Positions 56,331 through 64,000 of a stretch of DNA of 64,000 bases are shown piece by piece; the stretch's first letter is position 1; each line of letters starts with the position of its first letter. The stretch lies in assembly GCF_009914755.1 (NCBI RefSeq), contig NC_060942.1; one strand, written 5' to 3'. Position numbers and translations under genes: made by a program. The notes under the pieces are model-generated. The model ran no database searches. It worked only from the letters and a program-made list of their open reading frames with translations, and was not told where the DNA came from. The DNA is from the human T2T-CHM13v2.0 reference genome, Homo sapiens.

Positions 56331-56962
56331 TGTATCAGTTCCATTTTATGGTGTAACAAATTACCACAAATTGAATGGCTTACAACTTCTCAAACATTAT
56401 CTCATTTTCTGTGGGTCAGAAGACTGGCATGTTTTAACTGGGTCCTCTGCTCAGGTTCTCATAAAGCTGAAATCAAGGTGTCAGCCAACTGCATTCTCAT
56501 TTGGAAACTCCACTAGGGAAAATCCACCTCCAAGTTCCCTCAGGCTGTTGGCAGAATTCATTCCCTTGTGGTTGTAGAACTACAGTCCCCATTATTGTGC
56601 TCGTTGTTAGCCAAGAGTGGTCTCAGCATCCAGAGACTGCTCTCAGCTCTTAACCACATGCCCCCATTCCATTTCAGCAAGAGAGAACTTCTGCAGCAAG
56701 TACATTTTAGGTTTCAAACCACCCTGACTTCCCCTTCTTGGACTAGCCAGGAAAATACTCCCTGCTTTTAAAAGGCTAATGTGATTAAATCAGATCCCCA
56801 TGAAAGGCCCCCCTTTCTTAAAGTCAGCCTTACCATATAAGATAATAACTATGAGAGTTATGGGGCTCGTCATGTTCACAGATGCTGCCCACACTCAAAG
56901 GAGAAGGGATTATACAAGGGTGGGGGCCATCTGAGACTCATCCTAGGATTCTGACCACCACA
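56331..56962 (-). mobile_element. MLT1E-like MaLR LTR
   Basis: gtaacaaattaccacaaa...ctgggtcctctgctcagg...cccacactcaaaggagaagggattatacaagg...accaccaca. Confidence 0.88.
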
Positions 56963-57013
56963 ATGTACAAAACACTGAAGAACCCTTCATGGTAGATAGA
57001 GGCATATGGTTAT

Positions 57014-57672
<659 letters not shown>

Positions 57673-58459
57673 GGTATAAAATCAAAGAAGTATAATTAAG
57701 AAAAAATGGGGTAAAATTTAGAATATTGCATTCAAGCATGAACCTAATGTTTTGAGAAGCATTTGAAACATTCATTTTACTTTTAAAAGGTCCATATTTA
57801 AATAAGTACTCCATATAGAATTCTCCACTTGAGTTTTTAGTAGGATTTCTCCAATGGGAAATCTTTGTAGTTGTGAATGTACTAATAACTAAGAGGTCAA
57901 CAATTATTCCTCCTTAGTTTCCCTCTACATATAAAAATATTTTATTACAAGATGACAGAAAGTATTTTAGCTGAGTGTAAAGTCTTAAATTCAATGTTCT
58001 CTGAGAGGCAATATGGTGTTATAAATTAGAATAAGGTATTCAAATTGGTATGTGTACACTCAGGCAGTGCATAAGATAACCTATTGAGGTGAAGAAGGAA
58101 ATGTTAAAACTTGGATTTATATATATTTTAATCTCAGCCCAATATATTTGTACTTTTAAATATAGTTTATAATGGGTTAAGTATTGGTAGAGTGTTATAT
58201 AGATGTAGTTTATAAAAGTGTATATACTGGGGGAATCTTTTTTAGCAAATGAGTTACGTTATCATTAGAATTTGGAAACCAGTGATTTAAAGCAAGGGCC
58301 TTAGAATCCAAATGGTTTCTTGTCCCAAGCTGTGTGATTTTTAGAAATTCACCTTAATGTAAACCATAATCTTCACATAAGTATAATAAAAAGTGTTAAT
58401 ACCATAGGACTATTGTGAAGATTAAAGGGACTTTTTGTTTCAAATTATTATTATTAGTA

Positions 58460-59035
58460 GGGAGATCCTCAAAAAATTAGAACTACCATATGATCCAGCA
58501 AACCTGCTTCTGTGTACATATCCAGAAAAATTGAAAGTAGGGTTTTGAGGAGATATCTGCCCACTCGTGTTCATTGCAGCACTACTCACAATAAAAGAAG
58601 TACAAGCAATCCAAATGGCCATCAACTAATGAATGGACAAACAAAATGGCATATACCTACAATGGAATATTATTCAGCCTTTAAAAGGAGGAAAATCTTG
58701 TCACATATAATTATAACATGGATGAATCTTAAAGACATTATGCTAGTAAAATGAGTCAGTTATAAAAAGACAAATTCTGTATGATTCCACTTATATGAGG
58801 CATCTAAAGTAGTTCAATTCATATAATCAGAAACTAAAATGGCACTTCACCAAGTGATGGAGAGAAAGGAAAAAGGGGAACTGTTGTATAATATAGTTTC
58901 TGTTATGCAAGATGAAAAAGCTCTGGAGATCTGTTGCAAGACAATGTGAATATACTTAACACTACTTAAGTCTACAATGTAAAATGATTAATATGGTAAC
59001 TTTTATGTTGTGTGTTTTTTTTATCACAATTAAAA
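58460..59035 (+). mobile_element. L1MB-type 3' end
   Basis: agaactaccatatgatccagcaa...tgcaagatgaaaaagctctggagatctg...aatgtgaatatacttaacactac. Confidence 0.85.
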
Positions 59036-59584
59036 CACATAGTTGGATGGATGGACAGTTGGACAGATAGATATAGATGTAGATAAAACTAAAAAGCTCT
59101 TGTGTGGTGGTAAATAAGAAGCTGTTGTATAATGTCCCATTATGTCATGTCAGATTGGGAAGTGATTTTTATTTATTCCATTAATACTGAACATCAAAAT
59201 GCATCACCCATTATGCCAGGTACTGGAGATTAAATCTTTCTTCAAAATAGTTTTGTGGAAATTTAACAAATTATTAAGCAATAGGCATATTTTATTATAT
59301 GGTGAGAATCTGATGGCTTCAAGAAATATTAGTTTAGTAGAATCAACCAACAGTTGAACATTGACTATAAGAGGGAGAAATCAAGGCTGCCATACAAATT
59401 TCACCTTGTACAGGTAAGTAAAGTTGTGCTGCTATCCATGGAGAGAGGGAATAAGAAAAAGATGTGTCAGCTCGGAGGACCTCGGATGGGAAAATGGAAG
59501 GAAGAAAAATGTGTTTCTAGACATACTTAATTTGAGATATTTTGGGATATCTTGGTGAAAACACCCAATAGAAAATCGAAAATA

Positions 59585-59934
59585 CAGCTGACCCTTGAAC
59601 AACCTGGGGTTAGGTGTACTGACACCCTCTGCCCCTGAAAACCTGCATATAATTTTGCTCCCCCAAAACTTAACTACTAATAGTCTACTGTTGACTGCAA
59701 GCCTTAGCAAAAAGATAGTCTATTAAGCCATAAATAGACTAGTGCCTGCATAGATTTTAAGCATTCATGGCATATATTTTTCTTAGATTTTTTATATTTC
59801 TAGATTATGCAGTTTATCTGAGAGTTTTTTCAAATTGTTATATATTTCCAAAAATTTTCCAAATACTTATTGAAAAAAATCCACATACAAGTGGACCCAG
59901 GCAATCCTGACCTGTGTTGTTCAAGGATCAACTG
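59585..59934 (+). mobile_element. Tigger2-type non-autonomous DNA transposon
   Basis: TIRs CAGCTGACCCTTGAACAAC and GTTGTTCAAGGATCAACTG, flanked by TA duplications. Confidence 0.92.
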
Positions 59935-61073
59935 TACAGATTTAGACTTCAGAAGATATACATTATGTCACCAGAACACAGGCCTAACTGAAGTCATAAA
60001 CAGGGGCACAGTTACGCAGGACAAAATATAGAGTTAGACAAGAAATTCAAATATATCTTAGCAAAATAATTTAATTTCAAGGATAAAGAAGTAAACAATT
60101 CATGAAATTTGGGAAAATCAATTTGCCTTAGAATTTTACAGAGCACACACAATATCTATAATGTTCTGAGAGAAAAAGTAAAATACAGAATCTGCATCTG
60201 GTTAGTTGTCCTTCAAGGATAAAGGTAAAAGACAAATACTCTCAATTGTATATAAAATTCAAAGAATAGAGTGCATGGACCTACTTTAGGAAAAAAATGA
60301 TAAACTGTAATTAGAGTCAATCAAATCAAGGAATTCAGAGGTAAAGGAAACCAGATAACAAAACAGATAATAAACATTTAAATAGGAAAATAATGTTTAA
60401 AATGAAATTACATAATTTAACATTAATATCAACAACCCTGACAACACAAACATAATTATAATATAATGAATATAATAAATTATAATATATAATAAGTATA
60501 ATATAATAAGTGAAATGAAATGTAAACCAGGATCTAAGAAACAAGGAGGTGGGAAGAAGTGAAAATATGCTTCTCATTTATCATTAGAGAAAGTCAATAA
60601 TACTTATAAAACGGAAATTTGTAATTGGTAAAATAAGTGTAATTCAACATCTTAAAGTTTTTCTTAATCTTTTCCATTAACTTCAGGAATAAATATCTTT
60701 GAGAAGAAACATTTATCTATTAGCAATTCATTAAATTTTATGTATTTCTTCTTTTGTCGCATTGACAATCTTATATTTTCTTATTCTTACTTAAATTAGC
60801 ATATCATCATCATCCTAGTTTTAGAAAATTATTTCTGCCTGTCCATATGCAACTATCAGTCATTTTATCGACTCTTCTTTTGGCATATATTTCTAGAGAG
60901 GAATCTAGAATGATGTTCATAATTAGCTTACGGTGATTATATTTTGATGGGACATTTGGTATGACTTTTTCTTTATTTCTTTCCTTTTCATTTAACTTTT
61001 TTAAAAAACTGAGACAGTATCACTTTTACAATAACAGTCATTTTTTCTTCCAAAAATGGAGTAGGTAGAATAA

Positions 61074-61438
<365 letters not shown>

Positions 61439-63636
61439 TTGTATTTTAGCTCCGTGTTGCAATGTGATTTTGAGTTCATAAAATATACCTAATTATAATT
61501 ACATCGTGATTTTCATGTTCTATGAATCATATTTTAAGCAACTTTTTTTTTTAGCATTTACTATGTCCCCGGCATATGCTACATATACCACATGCTTGTG
61601 TGTATGTGTGTGTATATGTATGTGTATATATGTGTGCATATGCATATATAGTATATGTTAGTATATATTATATACACTACTAACTATGCAAAACTAGTAA
61701 GACTAGTATTAATACTAACATTTTACAAGAGGAAACTGCATCTTTAGTTAAACTTTAGCCGACCCAGAACTCCAGTAAACGTCAGAGCCAGGATTTAAAT
61801 TGTGCTGTAAAATCAACACTCTACTCACTATGCCATGTTTCTTGCCATCTATGCTATCCATGAAGTTTGTTTTATCTTGTTATATAAAGATTGTAAAAAT
61901 GAATATAACCTAAAACATAGTAGATTCACATTCATCTTTCCCAGTTAGACCAAAAAAAAAAAAACAAAAAACAAAGAGTGAAAGTCTTAGCAAACACAAC
62001 AGCTATTAGGAAAAGGTCTTTATAGACTTGACACAAAATTAAAGTCCTTGAAAGTTCTCCTGCCATATGCCTGTATTTTCTACTTCATCATTCCTCCGTC
62101 TTATGCAGTGAGTCTAGAGAGTAAACCCGTAGGGAGCAGGATCCCAGCAAACTAAGGAAGATTACAGAAGAAATATATACGAGTGCCAAATCTTGCCCCA
62201 TCTCCCTATTGTGGCTACTAATAGGACAAGGAAGAACCAACGGAAAAATAAAAAACTGGTATCTCAAGAAATAAGTGTGGGATAGTCTTCATACACGAAC
62301 AGGGTCATATTTCCTCTTTATATTCAGAGGAAATCTCCTGCCCCTTAATACTCAAGCCAGAATGGCCTTTACTACTGGTCCCCACTGTTCCCTGCGAGCT
62401 GACCTATGCTGGGGACTTGTCATAGATGATTTATTCTTCACAACTCCACAAAGAATCACTAAGTCAGCTAATAAGCCACATTGCTGATATTCATTCTCGG
62501 GATCTATTTGACCCCCAAATCCTATGCTACAGGATCTCCCAAAGTACTTTAATGAAAAGAAAAATGCATGGGCTATCAACAGCAATGTCCACTATAGAAG
62601 CAAAAATGTGCTTCCATCTCAGTGACCACTATGATGATTTGTCTTTGTGTCATAGATACAAAGTATCATGATAAATAACTGGGTCTGTAGCAGATTCCAG
62701 ATCAAGGCCTAATATAGGTGCCTTAGGCATAAAGTTAGGCCAGGTGGAAAGGTATACAGGACTCCTCATGGGGTATTATTTCTTTCACTCTGATGTAGCA
62801 TAAAGGATTTATGACCAAAACCACAGTCAGAAAAATAACAAAAACAGTTACTGTTTATGAGTCAGTCCATGAATATTCATTATAATCACTGTACAGTAAT
62901 CAATTAGTAGTATGCACAGCAAGAACAATATGAAATCTGAGGCTACAGATTGCAGAACTGAATAAATCATCATTTGTAAATAGCACAACTAAAGATAATG
63001 CATTTTCCTTTCTGGATGGAAATTCATTTAAGACCTGTATTGGAATAAATATAAGAAAGAAATATATATAAGAAAGGCATAATTTAGACCTTTGTGTCTG
63101 TTCCTACAAATATAGGTTAAGAAAAGTATTACATCTTTTGATTATACAGTTTCAATATTCATATTCATTACTTTCTTTGCTTGATACTGAAAGACAAAAA
63201 CATGAGCTTACCAAATTCCTAATGTTTTATACAATGCAGAGGACTTTTTAAAAAGAGCGTTTAATAAATTTTCTCCTTTTCTAAGTTTACCATTCACAAT
63301 ATCAAATGGTATAATGTGTTCTGGTAGTTTAAACTGCAAGTGTGATGTTTCCACTAATTGTTGCCAGAAAACGTTAATCAGGATCAAAAGCTTCTAAAAA
63401 CAAACTACACTGGAACTACCAAATGTGTAAAACAGAGTTACCATAGTTAAGTGAATTTAAAACTATCGCTGCTTAAAAGTTGGATGTAATCAATGTCAAC
63501 CATTTGCTATATCGTTTTCGGAACTGTTTTAAGTCATTCATCATTTCATTCTTCTAAATTTCTGACACTTTTAATGAAAGAATGTATAAAAATAACAGTG
63601 GTACTATCTAAAAAGCAGATGGGTTGCTCAACAAAC

Positions 63637-63743
63637 TGCATATGCGCGTGCGCGTGAGTGTGCAGTGCAGGCGGGCTCGCAAAAGCACAGGTCCCACACC
63701 AGACCTAAAATGGCTGAGTTGCCGGATGTTGTTGCTTGGTGAC
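63637..63743. promoter_or_regulatory. Compact promoter/enhancer-like motif cluster (NRF1, YY1, ETS, RFX)
   Basis: TGCGCGTGCGCG 63643-63654, AAAATGGCTG 63707-63716, CCGGATGT 63722-63729, GTTGCTTGGTGAC 63731-63743; local CpG retention in AT-rich unique DNA. Confidence 0.55.
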
Positions 63744-64000
63744 CAAACAGTATCTACTCCATCAAAGAGCAGTCTAAACATCAGTGGCAGATATGTCCCC
63801 TCAGGTTTAGACATGACCAGGACAAATATTAAAGGACATATTTATCCTTTCCAGTAGTCAATATTTTTATTTTAAGTCAGTTGTAACTTGCTCGATTTTA
63901 TCATCAGTTAAGTTTAGGCTTTAGGGGGAAGAGTAGTTGGAAAGCTATATTTCTTTTGGGAAAATAAGAGTAGAACCAAGCTTCTTTAACTATGAGACTT

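Noticed and set aside
63608-63857. Overlapping 68-aa (-) and 77-aa (+) ORFs as a protein-coding gene
   Set aside because: No recognisable homology and a weak polypyrimidine tract at the possible acceptor; the motif content fits a regulatory element better.

Overview
This is AT-rich, repeat-dense primate genomic DNA. It is almost certainly human, because it carries an AluYb8/Yb9-type element at 10597-10920. I found no convincing intact protein-coding gene and no prokaryotic-type system (no CRISPR, rRNA or functional tRNA). Much of the window is fossil transposable elements: a 5'-truncated L1PA3-like copy, a near full-length old L1M carrying nested inserts, two twin-primed inverted L1s, nine Alus, MaLR/ERVL LTRs, Tigger/hAT DNA transposons, MIR/L2, and a tRNA-derived MamSINE1-like relic. 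The main non-repeat signals are: (1) a CpG-island promoter at ~2.8-3.8 kb with three RFX X-box motifs and candidate first-exon splice donors on both strands; (2) a compact NRF1/YY1/ETS/RFX motif cluster at ~63.6-63.75 kb; (3) convergent exon and poly(A) signals at ~43.7-44.2 kb. I could not recognise the host gene. The most unusual structural observations are a TSD-flanked retrocopy or orphan transduction of non-L1 RNA (20.8-21.5 kb), a locally templated insertion in an old L1 (5.27 kb, copied from 3.98 kb), and several perfect palindromes or tandem duplications inside old DNA. Repeat subfamily names come from recalled consensus sequences, and boundaries of old elements are approximate.
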